DNA from: Abditibacteriaceae bacterium | GTDB lineage: Bacteria > Armatimonadota > Abditibacteriia > Abditibacteriales > Abditibacteriaceae | Assembly: GCA_031372065.1 (NCBI GenBank) | Contig: JANMKN010000342.1 | Location: 1 to 26,256 of the forward strand | Length of the DNA stretch: 26,256 bases | Direction: 5' to 3' | Part shown: positions 8,286 to 17,939 of the stretch, in pieces | Layout of the letters: every line of letters starts with the position of its first letter | Position numbering within the stretch: position 1 is the first letter of the stretch | Translations under genes and position numbers: made by a program | Notes under the pieces: model-generated | Told to the model about the DNA's origin: nothing | Database searches by the model: none | The model's input: the letters and a program-made list of their open reading frames with translations, nothing else

Positions 8286-9824
8286 TTAATGATCGGTTTT
8301 CTCTCCATCGCCGGGACTGTATTCGATGTCATTGGCGCGGTAGGAGTCCAGCAATTCGGTTTTGCTGGTGGACTTGACATAACCTTCGTGCGCCGAAACG
8401 CGGCCTGCTTTGACAAAGGTCATAATCGCGTCGTTCATGGTGACCATGCCCATCTTTTTGCCGATTTGCATTTGCGAGGGCAATTGGAACGTTTTGCCTT
8501 CGCGAATGAGGTTGGAAACCGCAGGCGGAATCAGCAAAATTTCGTTAGCGGCCACGCGCTTGCCATCCGTAGTGCGCAAAAGCGTCTGTGCGATAACGCC
8601 CTTGAGCGATTCGGAAAGCATAACGCGAATTTGCTCTTGCTGGTCGGCGGGAAACTGGTCAATGATGCGGTCAACTGTTGAGGGCGCCGTTGTGGTGTGC
8701 AGCGTGCCGAAAACCAAGTGACCGGTTTCAGCGGTTTCGATGGCGATGGCGATGGTTTCCAAGTCGCGCATTTCACCAACCAGAACAATATCCGGGTCTT
8801 CGCGCAAAGCGGCGCGCAAGGCTCGTTTAAACGATTGCGTGTGAACGTGAACTTCGCGCTGGTTAATCAGACATTTGATGTTGTTATGAACAAATTCCAC
8901 CGGGTCTTCGATGGTAATAATGTGTTCGTCGCGGTTTTTGTTGATGTAGTCAATCATCGCCGCCAGCGTGGTAGATTTGCCTGAACCCGTCGGGCCGGTG
9001 ACGACAACCAAACCTTTCGACAAATAACATAAGTCGAGAATGGATTGCTTTAGATTGAGTTGCTCGGCGGTGAGAACTTTGGAGGGAATCAAACGAAAAA
9101 CAGCGCCGATGCCTTTGCGGTCTTCAAAATAGTTGCACCGAAAACGTGCCAGTTCGGGCACTTCGTAAGCAAAGTCGCTGTCCCGATCACTTTCCCATTC
9201 TTCCTTGTTGCGCTCAGGCGCGATGTCCCACAGCAATTTTTTTAGGTAATCCGGCGAATTGACTTCATATTGTGTCAACTGCTTCATGACACCATGCTGG
9301 CGCACCATCGGATATTCATCCGAAGACAAATGCAAGTCGCTGGCTTCCATGTCGTTCATCAAATGGAATAGTTCGTCAATATGCGGCACGCGTTTGCCAC
9401 CACCGGGCGCGGCAGGCGTAGCAGCGACAGGCGTAGCAGCGACAGGCGTTGGCGCGGCGGGAGCAGGCGCGGTCTTTTCCGGTGCGGTTTGCGGGGCAAC
9501 CGCTACTTCTGGGGCTGCTTTGGCGGGATCGAACGTGGTAATGGTGATTTGCAAACTGCCGTTGGCCCGTCCGACGCCAATTTCAAACGCACCATGCGGC
9601 GACTGATAGGGAAAATTGAACCCACCATCCTGTGACAACTGGCCTTTCATATTGGCCGGTGTGATTTCGGCCACGACCTGCTGTAACTGCGCACCGGGAA
9701 TCGCTGAACCGGCTTTTTCCTGCCCATCTTCCATGTAAAAGTGCATCGGCTTATCGTTGACGATTAGCACTCTTTTGACATGGCTTTGCACCATTGAACC
9801 GATTAATGCATCAATTTGAGCCAC
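8286..9824 (-). CDS. pilT: Type IV pilus retraction ATPase PilT with an extra N-terminal domain
   Basis: GPTGSGKST Walker A, TIEDPVE Asp box, LREDPD..VGEMRD Walker B, GHLVFGTLH His box, AVSNLIRE (AIRNLIRE-like); AAGGAG RBS before GTG. Confidence 0.92.
   Translation of the reverse strand: MAQIDALIGSMVQSHVKRVLIVNDKPMHFYMEDGQEKAGSAIPGAQLQQVVAEITPANMKGQLSQDGGFNFPYQSPHGAFEIGVGRANGSLQITITTFDPAKAAPEVAVAPQTAPEKTAPAPAAPTPVAATPVAATPAAPGGGKRVPHIDELFHLMNDMEASDLHLSSDEYPMVRQHGVMKQLTQYEVNSPDYLKKLLWDIAPERNKEEWESDRDSDFAYEVPELARFRCNYFEDRKGIGAVFRLIPSKVLTAEQLNLKQSILDLCYLSKGLVVVTGPTGSGKSTTLAAMIDYINKNRDEHIITIEDPVEFVHNNIKCLINQREVHVHTQSFKRALRAALREDPDIVLVGEMRDLETIAIAIETAETGHLVFGTLHTTTAPSTVDRIIDQFPADQQEQIRVMLSESLKGVIAQTLLRTTDGKRVAANEILLIPPAVSNLIREGKTFQLPSQMQIGKKMGMVTMNDAIMTFVKAGRVSAHEGYVKSTSKTELLDSYRANDIEYSPGDGEKTDH
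9413..9449. repeat. 15-bp tandem repeat (2.5 copies) encoding TPVAA linker
   Basis: CAGGCGTAGCAGCGA x2 plus CAGGCGT. Confidence 0.8.
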
Positions 9825-9842
9825 ATTAGTCTCCCTTTAGGA

Positions 9843-9920
9843 GAGTTAAGAGTCTTGAGTGAGGAGTTTCGAGTTAAATCCGCTTTTAGCTCAAAACTCC
9901 TCACTCAAAACTCTTAACTC
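9843..9920. repeat. 36-bp-arm inverted repeat built from GAGTnnn heptamers
   Basis: Arms 9843-9878 and 9885-9920 with 3 mismatches; GAGT at 9843, 9850, 9857, 9864, 9871. Confidence 0.9.
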
Positions 9921-9924
9921 ATAA

Positions 9925-10998
9925 TTAATCTGCCGTGCGCCGCAGCATTTGGCGCAGTTCGGAACGTTTGCCGGCATTTTCCAACGCGACTTCTTCGGAA
10001 ATAACGCCTTGTTTGTAATAAGCGTCCAGCGCCATGTTCATGGTTTGCATTTTCCACTGCGAGGCGCCTTCTTGGATGGCCTGATAAATCGCGCTGGAGC
10101 GGCCTTCTTCGAGGTATTGCGCGACAGTTGGCGACACGTTGAGAATTTCAATGGCGCACTTGCGGCCTTTGCCGTCAATGGTTGGCACCAGCTTTTGAGA
10201 CAAAATGCCTCGCAGAGTTTTGGCAAGGCGTTGTTGCACGAGGTCTTTTTCGTGCGGCTGAAACATCGAAAGAATACGCTCCAATGATTCCGCCGCCGAT
10301 GCGGTGTGCAATGTCGAGAAAACCAAGTGACCCGTTTCTGCGGCTTGCAAGCAGATTTGCATGGTTTCTTGGTCGCGCAATTCGCCGACTAAAATTAAAT
10401 CGGGCGCTTCGCGCAACGCGGCACGCAAGGCGTCGCCGAATTTGGCAGTATCAAGACCAACTTCACGCTGTGAAACAATACAGCCTTTGTCGGGATGCAC
10501 ATATTCAATTGGGTCTTCGATAGTAACAATGTGGCCGCGTTTTTCTTGATTGTAAAGGTCAATCATCGCCGCCAAGGTGGTAGATTTGCCCGAACCTGTT
10601 GGACCGGTGACCAGCACCAAGCCATCGTGCGGGCGCGTGAAATCGGCGATGACTTCGGGAAGGCCCAAGTCTTGAAAGGTGCGAATTTTTAGTTGCACCA
10701 CACGTAAACACAGCGCGACGCTGCCGCGCTGACGGTAAACATTAACGCGAAAGCGCGCCACATTAGGAATAATGTAAGCGCAATCGTGATCGGGATGCTC
10801 CAAAAACTCTTGCCACCGTTTGGGCGGCATAATGTGTTGGGCAATTTGATCAAGGTCTTCCGGCGTGAGCGGCGGCATATCCAGCTTGCGAATCGAGCCG
10901 TTCAATCGCAAAACCGGCGGCGCATCCTCCTTGAAAAACACGTCCGAAACATTTTGCTGCGTGGCAAAAGTTAGCAATCCATCAATGTCCAAAGCCAT
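9925..10998 (-). CDS. PilT/PilU-family type IV pilus ATPase
   Basis: GPTGSGKST, TIEDPIE, LREAPD..VGELRD, GHLVFSTLH; the AIRNLIRE position reads TVAQYLEE. Confidence 0.9.
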   Translation of the reverse strand: MALDIDGLLTFATQQNVSDVFFKEDAPPVLRLNGSIRKLDMPPLTPEDLDQIAQHIMPPKRWQEFLEHPDHDCAYIIPNVARFRVNVYRQRGSVALCLRVVQLKIRTFQDLGLPEVIADFTRPHDGLVLVTGPTGSGKSTTLAAMIDLYNQEKRGHIVTIEDPIEYVHPDKGCIVSQREVGLDTAKFGDALRAALREAPDLILVGELRDQETMQICLQAAETGHLVFSTLHTASAAESLERILSMFQPHEKDLVQQRLAKTLRGILSQKLVPTIDGKGRKCAIEILNVSPTVAQYLEEGRSSAIYQAIQEGASQWKMQTMNMALDAYYKQGVISEEVALENAGKRSELRQMLRRTAD

Positions 10999-11040
10999 AA
11001 TTCAACCTTTTAGTAGTTTTTTAGGTTTTTGGCCTAAAAA

Positions 11041-11520
11041 TCAATCAATTTCACCGCGCCTTGCGGCATTAGCCCAAGCGCGGGCCGAGATAATGGCGCC
11101 GACCAATAAGGCCGCAACTCCGGCTACCAAGAAAATCAAGGTAACTTGCGATTGGCCGGGAGTTTCGATGAGGGTGCCCAAGTCACGAGCGCGCAAGTCG
11201 TTAGCGAGCGCCATGTGTTTGGCTAAGAGCGCAATAAGAATGCAGCCCCAGCCCACAGAAGAAATCAATAGTCCAGTGTCTTGCGCCGCTTCGGTTACAC
11301 GCAGGAATCCGTAAGCATACCACAGTGTCGGAGCCAAACAAGGCAGGGCCATAAGCAAATAGGCGAATTGAAATGGCACCAGCCGCGCCAACAAGCCCCA
11401 GCCCAACAGCAGCGTGTAGAGCATTGAGATAATAACCAGAGCAGTCAGAAAGTGATCAGTCGCGTGATTGCGCCGACCATTCGGCGTTTGACGCGATGCA
11501 TTAGATGATGCTGGGAGCAC
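11041..11520 (-). CDS. Hypothetical membrane protein (4 TM)
   Basis: Four hydrophobic segments; TAGAAT (11528-11533) 7 nt before the GTG start. Confidence 0.7.
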   Translation of the reverse strand: MLPASSNASRQTPNGRRNHATDHFLTALVIISMLYTLLLGWGLLARLVPFQFAYLLMALPCLAPTLWYAYGFLRVTEAAQDTGLLISSVGWGCILIALLAKHMALANDLRARDLGTLIETPGQSQVTLIFLVAGVAALLVGAIISARAWANAARRGEID

Positions 11521-11608
11521 GGCTCATATTCTAACGAAAATAGGCGCTTCTCAAAAGCGTTTTTCGCAGCATTTGCGAAAACTGGCTTGTAAAACGGGAG
11601 ACAAATCA

Positions 11609-11643
11609 CAAAAAGGCCAAGGAATGGTTCCTTGGCCTTTTTG
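11609..11643. terminator. Intrinsic terminator after the tadG-like gene
   Basis: CAAAAAGGCCAAGGAA-tgg-TTCCTTGGCCTTTTTG. Confidence 0.85.
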
Positions 11644-11664
11644 ATTTCGCTAAATTGTTGCTGA

Positions 11665-13101
11665 TTATTCTACCAACTTGATCTCACCCGGTTTACCGGC
11701 AGAGCCACCCGTGTAAGACATTTCCCACACTGAAGTGTCATTTGCACCAGCAGTGTAGGTCGCGCTCCATGTGCCACCGGGATAACTCAGCGGCAACGAA
11801 ATGAGGTCGGTATAAAACGTGCCGTTGGTTGAAAGTTGACCCCGGATGGGCGCGCTCACTGTGCCATCGGGGGCTTTGTAGGTGTAGTCCACATTGAGAC
11901 TGCCAACATCCGTATCGAACTTGCGGATAGACAGTTGATGGCCCGCTGCATCAACGGGCACATTCCCTAATTCAATGGTGGAATTACCACTGGCATTAAA
12001 GTTCATAGGCAGAAAGCCATCTCCGCTGATGGAAGTGCCGTTTTGAGGATCAAAGGCAACCCCCGCAGGTCTCGCACGCAAAACGAAGGCATTTTCACTG
12101 GCCCCCGATATGGTTGTGACGTTAAGAAGAAAGCTGCCACCTGCATAATTGGCTCGATTGAAGGTAAATGTGGGATCCCATGTCATGTCTGTCGTGACAT
12201 CATCTCCAAACGTTTTTTCATCAATTAGCTGCAATTGGGACGGATCACCATTGCCTTTTGGGTCATGGTAAAGCGTGTAGCGCGTTGTGGTAATGTCGGA
12301 CGGCACGATAGCATCACTCTGATTTTGATTATAAGGCTTACGCAGTTCATCAATGCGCACTCCGGCTTGAACGAACCGACCTCCGTTGTTGTGACAATCG
12401 GGGTCGAAAATCTCCAAAACCGTGTCTGTGTAGGAACTCGGCACATTAACAGTGAAATTATAGCCTTTGCCTGTGTAATCAGGATTTGCTTGACCATTCA
12501 GCAAGTATTTTGCGCTACGAAAATCACCATAATCATAGCGCGCGTCCGGCCCAAAAAGAGAAAGGTTTGTCGGGCCATCGGGTTGACCATAATTTCCGCC
12601 ACCTCCACTTGTGCTAAGAGGAGATAGTGTTTCATATTCCGCTGTCGCAGTGCTGGTAACAGGGCGACTGGGCAGACCAAAAATGCGCGCAAAGAACAAA
12701 GGCTCGTTACGGCTCACTTTCGCCCGAAACTGCTTTGGTTGGCTTGGAACCGGATTCGTAATGATGACTGTCACACCCGGCTGGTAATTCGGAGCGTTGG
12801 GGTCGCTGACGTAGCCATTGGCGCCCGCTGCATTCCGAGCCGCTGTATTGGCATTGCTGCTGCGAAAATTCGCCATTTCATAAGCACCCGCTAAAGCTGC
12901 CGCATCAGCAGCAAGCTGAGATTTAGCTTTGCGACCATAAAGATTGCCCATATCCACCGACAAAGCAGCTGTGCCGATAAAAACGGTGAGGCCAAGTGCC
13001 ACATAAACCAACACTGAACCATGACGACGCGTTTGACGGTTATGCCAATTGCGACGGGCAGTAATGCTCTTCGAATGGGGCGTCAAAAATTTTTGATTCA
13101 T
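11665..13101 (-). CDS. tadG: TadG-like pilus-associated protein with large beta-rich C-terminal region
   Basis: RRHG|SVLVYVAL..ALSVDMG..QLAADAAALAGA Tad N-terminal motif; PLFFARIFG; AGGAG RBS before ATG 13101. Confidence 0.8.
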   Translation of the reverse strand: MNQKFLTPHSKSITARRNWHNRQTRRHGSVLVYVALGLTVFIGTAALSVDMGNLYGRKAKSQLAADAAALAGAYEMANFRSSNANTAARNAAGANGYVSDPNAPNYQPGVTVIITNPVPSQPKQFRAKVSRNEPLFFARIFGLPSRPVTSTATAEYETLSPLSTSGGGGNYGQPDGPTNLSLFGPDARYDYGDFRSAKYLLNGQANPDYTGKGYNFTVNVPSSYTDTVLEIFDPDCHNNGGRFVQAGVRIDELRKPYNQNQSDAIVPSDITTTRYTLYHDPKGNGDPSQLQLIDEKTFGDDVTTDMTWDPTFTFNRANYAGGSFLLNVTTISGASENAFVLRARPAGVAFDPQNGTSISGDGFLPMNFNASGNSTIELGNVPVDAAGHQLSIRKFDTDVGSLNVDYTYKAPDGTVSAPIRGQLSTNGTFYTDLISLPLSYPGGTWSATYTAGANDTSVWEMSYTGGSAGKPGEIKLVE

Positions 13102-13134
13102 AATCAACTCCTACAAAAACTGCCACAAGTGGCT

Positions 13135-13662
13135 TTACTCAAGCACCATTGACCCACTCACCTGAGTTGTCCCAATACCGCTTAAACCCGGAAACCCGGA
13201 TGGCAGGATTAATTTATTTCGCAAGTTATAACTCACAGTGACCGTAACCAAGGAACCTTTCTGTCGTGCGGTCTGAACCGGCGTGATGGTCACATCGGTA
13301 TTGGGATCAAGGTTGCTTAGAGTGGTTTTCGCAGCCACATCTCGAATGCGACATCGGATGATGTGGTTTCCTGCGACAAGACACGCCGCTGTGCTGGCAG
13401 CGTCGTCGGCATCGGTGTCTTTTCCATGCAACGCTGCGTAACGGGCGCCTTCGCGGGCGATATTGGTCAGCGTGATTTTGGCGTTGGCGATGAGGCCATA
13501 TTGAATCAATCCCAGCGTCAGAAAGAGCAACACGATGACCACCATTGCCATTTCTATGAGAGCTTGACCTCGACGCACGCTGTTTTTCGGTGTGTAACGC
13601 GCACCGAAAAACTTCGAAATGCCCTGTAATGTGGCTTTGCTTATCATTTTCTGTTGAATCAT
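13135..13662 (-). CDS. tadE: TadE-like pseudopilin
   Basis: RRG|QALIEMAMV (Glu at +5), hydrophobic helix, AREGARYA; AAGGAG RBS. Confidence 0.85.
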   Translation of the reverse strand: MIQQKMISKATLQGISKFFGARYTPKNSVRRGQALIEMAMVVIVLLFLTLGLIQYGLIANAKITLTNIAREGARYAALHGKDTDADDAASTAACLVAGNHIIRCRIRDVAAKTTLSNLDPNTDVTITPVQTARQKGSLVTVTVSYNLRNKLILPSGFPGLSGIGTTQVSGSMVLE

Positions 13663-13924
13663 GTAAATCTCCTTTGAACTGTGGTAAGAACAAGTTATTT
13701 TGTCTTATCTGTGACAGTCCATAGTTGGCCGTTTCGGGAGGCATCGTTGTTGCCAAATGACAACTAAAACGGCTGTCTTTTGCAGTTTGATGAGAAGTTT
13801 AACCTTTAACAGCCCGTATTTCTTTTGTAAGAGCGCAATATATGCCAAAGAAATTGTTTTGGCTGTCTAAAACGTGCCTGACAACAAACGCGTGGCAATT
13901 TGTCCCGCTTCCTAAAATTACAAA

Positions 13925-13970
13925 ACAAAAGGCGAAATCTCGCTTCAACTCGCGAGACTTCGCCTTTTGT
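13925..13970 (-). terminator. Intrinsic terminator for the sigma/anti-sigma/VIT-vWA operon
   Basis: ACAAAAGGCGAAATCTCGC-8nt-GCGAGACTTCGCCTTTTGT; the single mismatch is G.U on the minus strand. Confidence 0.8.
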
Positions 13971-13988
13971 GGCATCAAATCGCCGAAA

Positions 13989-16334
13989 TTACGGCTCAAT
14001 CTGCACGACTTTGTCGGGGAGGACGATAATCACTTTATCGCCCACACTCAACCATTTGGCGATCTTTTTGTCCTTTGCGAGAGCGAAATAATCAGCCGAA
14101 GCGAATTTGATAGTGACAGGTTTCGGCGATTTTTTCCCGTCGTAAGTGCCATCTATCCAAACATCGTCACGCAGGAAAAACGCCTTGCCTTCGACATAGC
14201 GCACTTTGTCGTTGTCCGTGACTTTAGCATTGTCTTTCAGTTGCTTGCTTTCTTTCGCCAAACGCACCGCTTCGGCTCCCGAAGTGGGAGCAAGCGCGTC
14301 GAAAGCGGGAACTCCGCCAGGGCTTGCTTCTCCTCTTGGCCCAGCAGGGCCGCGTGCGCCGACAGCCGAGCCGCCAAAACCTCCGCCAAAACCTCCAAGC
14401 GGGCCGTTTGTGCCGCTGCGATTCATAACTCCTTGGCTCGAAGTAAAGGGTGGTGCTTCGCGGTCATCTTCAGTGATTAATCCCGCCGTGAACTGCGTGA
14501 CGATGCCGTATTTTTTCGATAATTTGATAATTTCCTCGCGCACTTCGGGGTCAACAGTGCGCCCGCTACGGCGTGCATCGTCCAGTAGATAGGCCACTTT
14601 GCGGGTGGCCCACAAGCGCGGCAAGGTGTCGTTCAGATTGTCTTTGTCTGTCCAATCGCCCTGACTTTGGATGCGTTCTTCGCGGCCCATGCTATCGCCA
14701 ATGAGTTGCACTTTCGCGCCGTTGGTTTTACCAGCGTAACGGCCAAAAATGACAACTTGTGAGCCTTTGAACAAATCAGGCAGACGACGCGGATAAACAT
14801 CGAAAACCTTCATGTCGCCGAAATCAAGACGCGGATTTGCCAACACCGGATACGCAATTTTGGAATAAAGCGCGCCGACTTTTTGTTCAATGTCTTCTTG
14901 CGGTAAAACGTAGTCGCTGCTGCCGCGATTATCTTCGGCCAATGTGTCAAGCAGGCGCGTATTCACGTCAAAACCGACGCCGAAGGTGAATAATCGCGCT
15001 TTGGTATCAAGCGGAGCCTCGCCTTTGCGCTCAATAGCTTCGTTTCTCGCGTTGGCGCTGCGCGCATTTTTGATGATTTGCTCAATGCTGGTTTCCCCGA
15101 CGGTTGGCAAGCCGTCGGTCATGAAAATAACTTGTTGCGGGCGATCTGCTTTGGGCAGCATTTTGAGAGCTTCTTGCAGGGCTTCGTTGATATTTGTGCC
15201 ACCCACGGCTTTGATTTCTTTGGTCCAATCGCGCGCCGCATCAAGATTTTCTTTGGTGGCTGCCACTGGCGCATCTCGAAAAGTGCGCACATCCGAGGAA
15301 AACGTCACAATGCCGAAGCGGTCATTGGGATTGAGATTGCCAATGAGCGTCAGCAAGGCGCGACGCGCTTGTTCGATTTTTTCGCCTTCCATCGAACCGC
15401 TGGTATCCAGCACGAAAATCGCGTCTTTGGCGGCGATTTCTTTGGGCGCCACAGCACTATCCGGCGCGGCGAGCAGCATGAAATAGCCGTCGTCGCCAGC
15501 GACTTGCTGCGTAATGAGATTTACGCCCACACGCGCTTTGTCAGCGGTGTAATACAACACGAAATCGCGGTCAGCGCCGGAATTATCGCGCGTATCTGGA
15601 GCGCGGAAGGCCACATTTTGCGGTTGCGGCGGATATTTCCAGCCCCATTCGCCCGTAACGCGCGCTGTGGTTTCGTCGCGTTTAATATCCACGTTATGCG
15701 TCGGCGAATACACAGCGCGAATGCCGAGCGGCGTTGAGATTTTTATGTCCACATTGGCATTTTGCGCCGCGCCACCAACAGGCAGGCGCAATGGCAAAAC
15801 ATAACGAAAACTGCCCGCGTCGGCTTTGAGCGATTCGGAATATTCAATTTCGATTTTTTGCTCGGCGCGTGGTTCAATCGGGAAAATTCTGGCGCGAATT
15901 AAGTTGCGATCAATAAATTCAAAAATCGCCGGGTCGCGCATTTTCGCCACGATTCCCTGATAAATCTCGCGTGCCTTGTCGCCATTGAGAATTTCGGCTT
16001 CGGTGCGCTTGCCGTTGATCAGCATCGCAAAACCCGTCACTGCCGCGCCTTCGGGCAACGGAAAAACGTAAGTGCCTTCGATGCGATTGTTGGTGGTGTT
16101 GAGAAACGTCTGTGTCAGATGCGTTTTTGCCACCGCGCCGTTGATTTCCACGCGTGCCGATTCAGTTTGCAGTTGCAATTCCTGATTGAGCGCCGGACGT
16201 GGCATCGGGCGCGGCATCGGCGGATAAATGATGGGGCGATCTATCGGTGGGCTAATTTGGGCGTGCGCGCCAAAACACACGACAAAAGTGAGGCTTGTAA
16301 CGGCACTTTTGTCCCTCAAAATTGATTTTTTCAT
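13989..16334 (-). CDS. Exported VIT + von Willebrand A domain protein (inter-alpha-trypsin inhibitor heavy chain-like), copy 1
   Basis: Signal peptide ending AHA; VIT motif EGTYVFPLPEGAAV; MIDAS DTSGS, GGTN, MTDGLP; LWA..LSKKYGIVT; AGGAGG RBS. Confidence 0.9.
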   Translation of the reverse strand: MKKSILRDKSAVTSLTFVVCFGAHAQISPPIDRPIIYPPMPRPMPRPALNQELQLQTESARVEINGAVAKTHLTQTFLNTTNNRIEGTYVFPLPEGAAVTGFAMLINGKRTEAEILNGDKAREIYQGIVAKMRDPAIFEFIDRNLIRARIFPIEPRAEQKIEIEYSESLKADAGSFRYVLPLRLPVGGAAQNANVDIKISTPLGIRAVYSPTHNVDIKRDETTARVTGEWGWKYPPQPQNVAFRAPDTRDNSGADRDFVLYYTADKARVGVNLITQQVAGDDGYFMLLAAPDSAVAPKEIAAKDAIFVLDTSGSMEGEKIEQARRALLTLIGNLNPNDRFGIVTFSSDVRTFRDAPVAATKENLDAARDWTKEIKAVGGTNINEALQEALKMLPKADRPQQVIFMTDGLPTVGETSIEQIIKNARSANARNEAIERKGEAPLDTKARLFTFGVGFDVNTRLLDTLAEDNRGSSDYVLPQEDIEQKVGALYSKIAYPVLANPRLDFGDMKVFDVYPRRLPDLFKGSQVVIFGRYAGKTNGAKVQLIGDSMGREERIQSQGDWTDKDNLNDTLPRLWATRKVAYLLDDARRSGRTVDPEVREEIIKLSKKYGIVTQFTAGLITEDDREAPPFTSSQGVMNRSGTNGPLGGFGGGFGGSAVGARGPAGPRGEASPGGVPAFDALAPTSGAEAVRLAKESKQLKDNAKVTDNDKVRYVEGKAFFLRDDVWIDGTYDGKKSPKPVTIKFASADYFALAKDKKIAKWLSVGDKVIIVLPDKVVQIEP

Positions 16335-16361
16335 ACGGCCTCCTGTAACGACTGTGGGTGA

Positions 16362-17879
16362 TTATTTGTCTTCGGCCACGGGCGGTGTTTTCGGGTTTTC
16401 CGTGGGCCGTGGTTCCTGCACTTGAAAAACGATGTCTTTGTTTTGCAGTTTTTGGCCGTCCATATTTTCTAAAGTAAGCGATGCTTCTTTCAAACCGTTC
16501 GAAAATGCTTTCAATTCGACGGCATTTTCGATGGGCGTGTCTTTTTGGGCCGCGCCACGCCAGATAATGCGGTTTGTTTCCGGTTTGTCTTTAGCGGCGT
16601 CCGCGAATTGCAAGCCGTCAGGCAAAGTCAGGCGAACTTGCGCCAGTTCAATAGCTTGCTTTGGCACTAATGATAAGGTGAAAGTCTGCGTTGTATTGGG
16701 CGCGATATTATAATCCGCGCGCCGCACCATCATGATATGTGGCCCATGTAGACCTTGCGGGCCTTGTGGGCCGACAGACCTCATGGCAGCAGAAGGCGGT
16801 GCCGATAGCGCTTCACTTCCTCCAAAACCGCCGCCTCTTTGTTTTGCAGACATGATGTTTGGTGGCAAAACATTGGGGTTTGGTGCGGTGTCCACTCCCA
16901 TCGTCGCGCTGGGCAGCAAGGGCACTTTTGTCTCGGCGCCGGGCGATAATGTTGGGCCAACATCGCTTTGGGCGCCTTGAATCGGTGCAGGAGTGCCATG
17001 ACGATATAAAAAGCCCGGAACACTCTCGAACTTAGGTGGCCCCACTCGCACTGGCTTGGATTCGTTCGGGCCGCGCTGCTCGACATTTGCCGACCCTTGC
17101 GTTTTGAGCGCAGGCGTTGGCACGCTGGCATCGGCGGCCATCGTTTTTTCTTGGGCAACACTCGCGTTATTGCCTTTTGCGGGCGCGTCAAATTTCGGTG
17201 ATGGTAGCGAGGAAAGCGGAGATTTGTCGCCTTTAGTTATTATAGGCAGAGCCGATTTCTCGAAAATTCTATGGGACTTTGCGCGTGGCACCAGATCGCG
17301 TGAGGCGGGTTGTTTGCCACGATGCACTGGGTTGTCAATGGCCGGGGGCGAGACTGCGAAATGAGGTGATTTTGCGGAAACCTTGGGCTGTTTCGCTGTG
17401 CCCGCGCCGCCCGATGCCTTGTCTTCTTTGGGCGTTGCCTCAAAGGCTCTGTCGTGCAATGCGAAGTTTCTCATCGTTGGCGGCGCTGTGCTGGCATCGT
17501 TTGGCGGAGGAGACAACGAAATTTGGTATTGCGAGGAGCGCACTACAAGTAGTAGGCAGCAAGCGGCCAACAACGCGCCGCCTGAAAGCGCGAGGCGCGG
17601 CTGACATAGCGAGAACAGCGGCGCTTTGGCTTTTAGCGAAGGCATTTTTTCACCGATTAACTTGGTGCGCACTTGAGCGCGCAAATCGGTGGGAGTCTCG
17701 GCTACGCCGAAGGAACGTAAATCGTCCCGAATGGCGCGCAGAACAGCTAATTCGCGCTGGCAATCGGCACAATTTTCAAGATGGGCACGCAATTCCGCGC
17801 GAGTGGCTGCCTCGTTGGAAGCAAAATTGTCTTCCAGTAGGTCATTGAGCCTTTCGCGGCAATCACGGCAGTTAATCAT
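16362..17879 (-). CDS. Zinc-binding (ZAS/zf-HC2) transmembrane anti-sigma factor with long Pro-rich extracytoplasmic region
   Basis: NCRDCRERL..HLENCADC (HxxxCxxC), TM LALSGGALLAACCLLLVV; directly downstream of the ECF sigma gene. Confidence 0.85.
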   Translation of the reverse strand: MINCRDCRERLNDLLEDNFASNEAATRAELRAHLENCADCQRELAVLRAIRDDLRSFGVAETPTDLRAQVRTKLIGEKMPSLKAKAPLFSLCQPRLALSGGALLAACCLLLVVRSSQYQISLSPPPNDASTAPPTMRNFALHDRAFEATPKEDKASGGAGTAKQPKVSAKSPHFAVSPPAIDNPVHRGKQPASRDLVPRAKSHRIFEKSALPIITKGDKSPLSSLPSPKFDAPAKGNNASVAQEKTMAADASVPTPALKTQGSANVEQRGPNESKPVRVGPPKFESVPGFLYRHGTPAPIQGAQSDVGPTLSPGAETKVPLLPSATMGVDTAPNPNVLPPNIMSAKQRGGGFGGSEALSAPPSAAMRSVGPQGPQGLHGPHIMMVRRADYNIAPNTTQTFTLSLVPKQAIELAQVRLTLPDGLQFADAAKDKPETNRIIWRGAAQKDTPIENAVELKAFSNGLKEASLTLENMDGQKLQNKDIVFQVQEPRPTENPKTPPVAEDK

Positions 17880-17913
17880 GTCGTCCTTCGTGTTGTTCCA
17901 AAAACAGTCCTAC

Positions 17914-17939
17914 GACCCGGCTATGCATCAAAAAGTTCC
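17914..17939 (-). promoter_or_regulatory. Putative ECF promoter GGAAC-N18-GTC upstream of the anti-sigma gene
   Basis: Minus strand GGAACtttttgatgcatagccggGTCgta, overlapping the sigma stop codon. Confidence 0.6.

Noticed and set aside
13663..13900. Canonical c-di-GMP-I/II riboswitch upstream of tadE
   Set aside because: Could not find the expected GGCAAAC..GAAA..GCAAAGC arrangement or a class II pattern by eye.
16380..16410. Third GGAAC ECF site upstream of VIT-vWA copy 1
   Set aside because: GGAAC is present on the minus strand, but there is no GTC at the 18-nt spacing.
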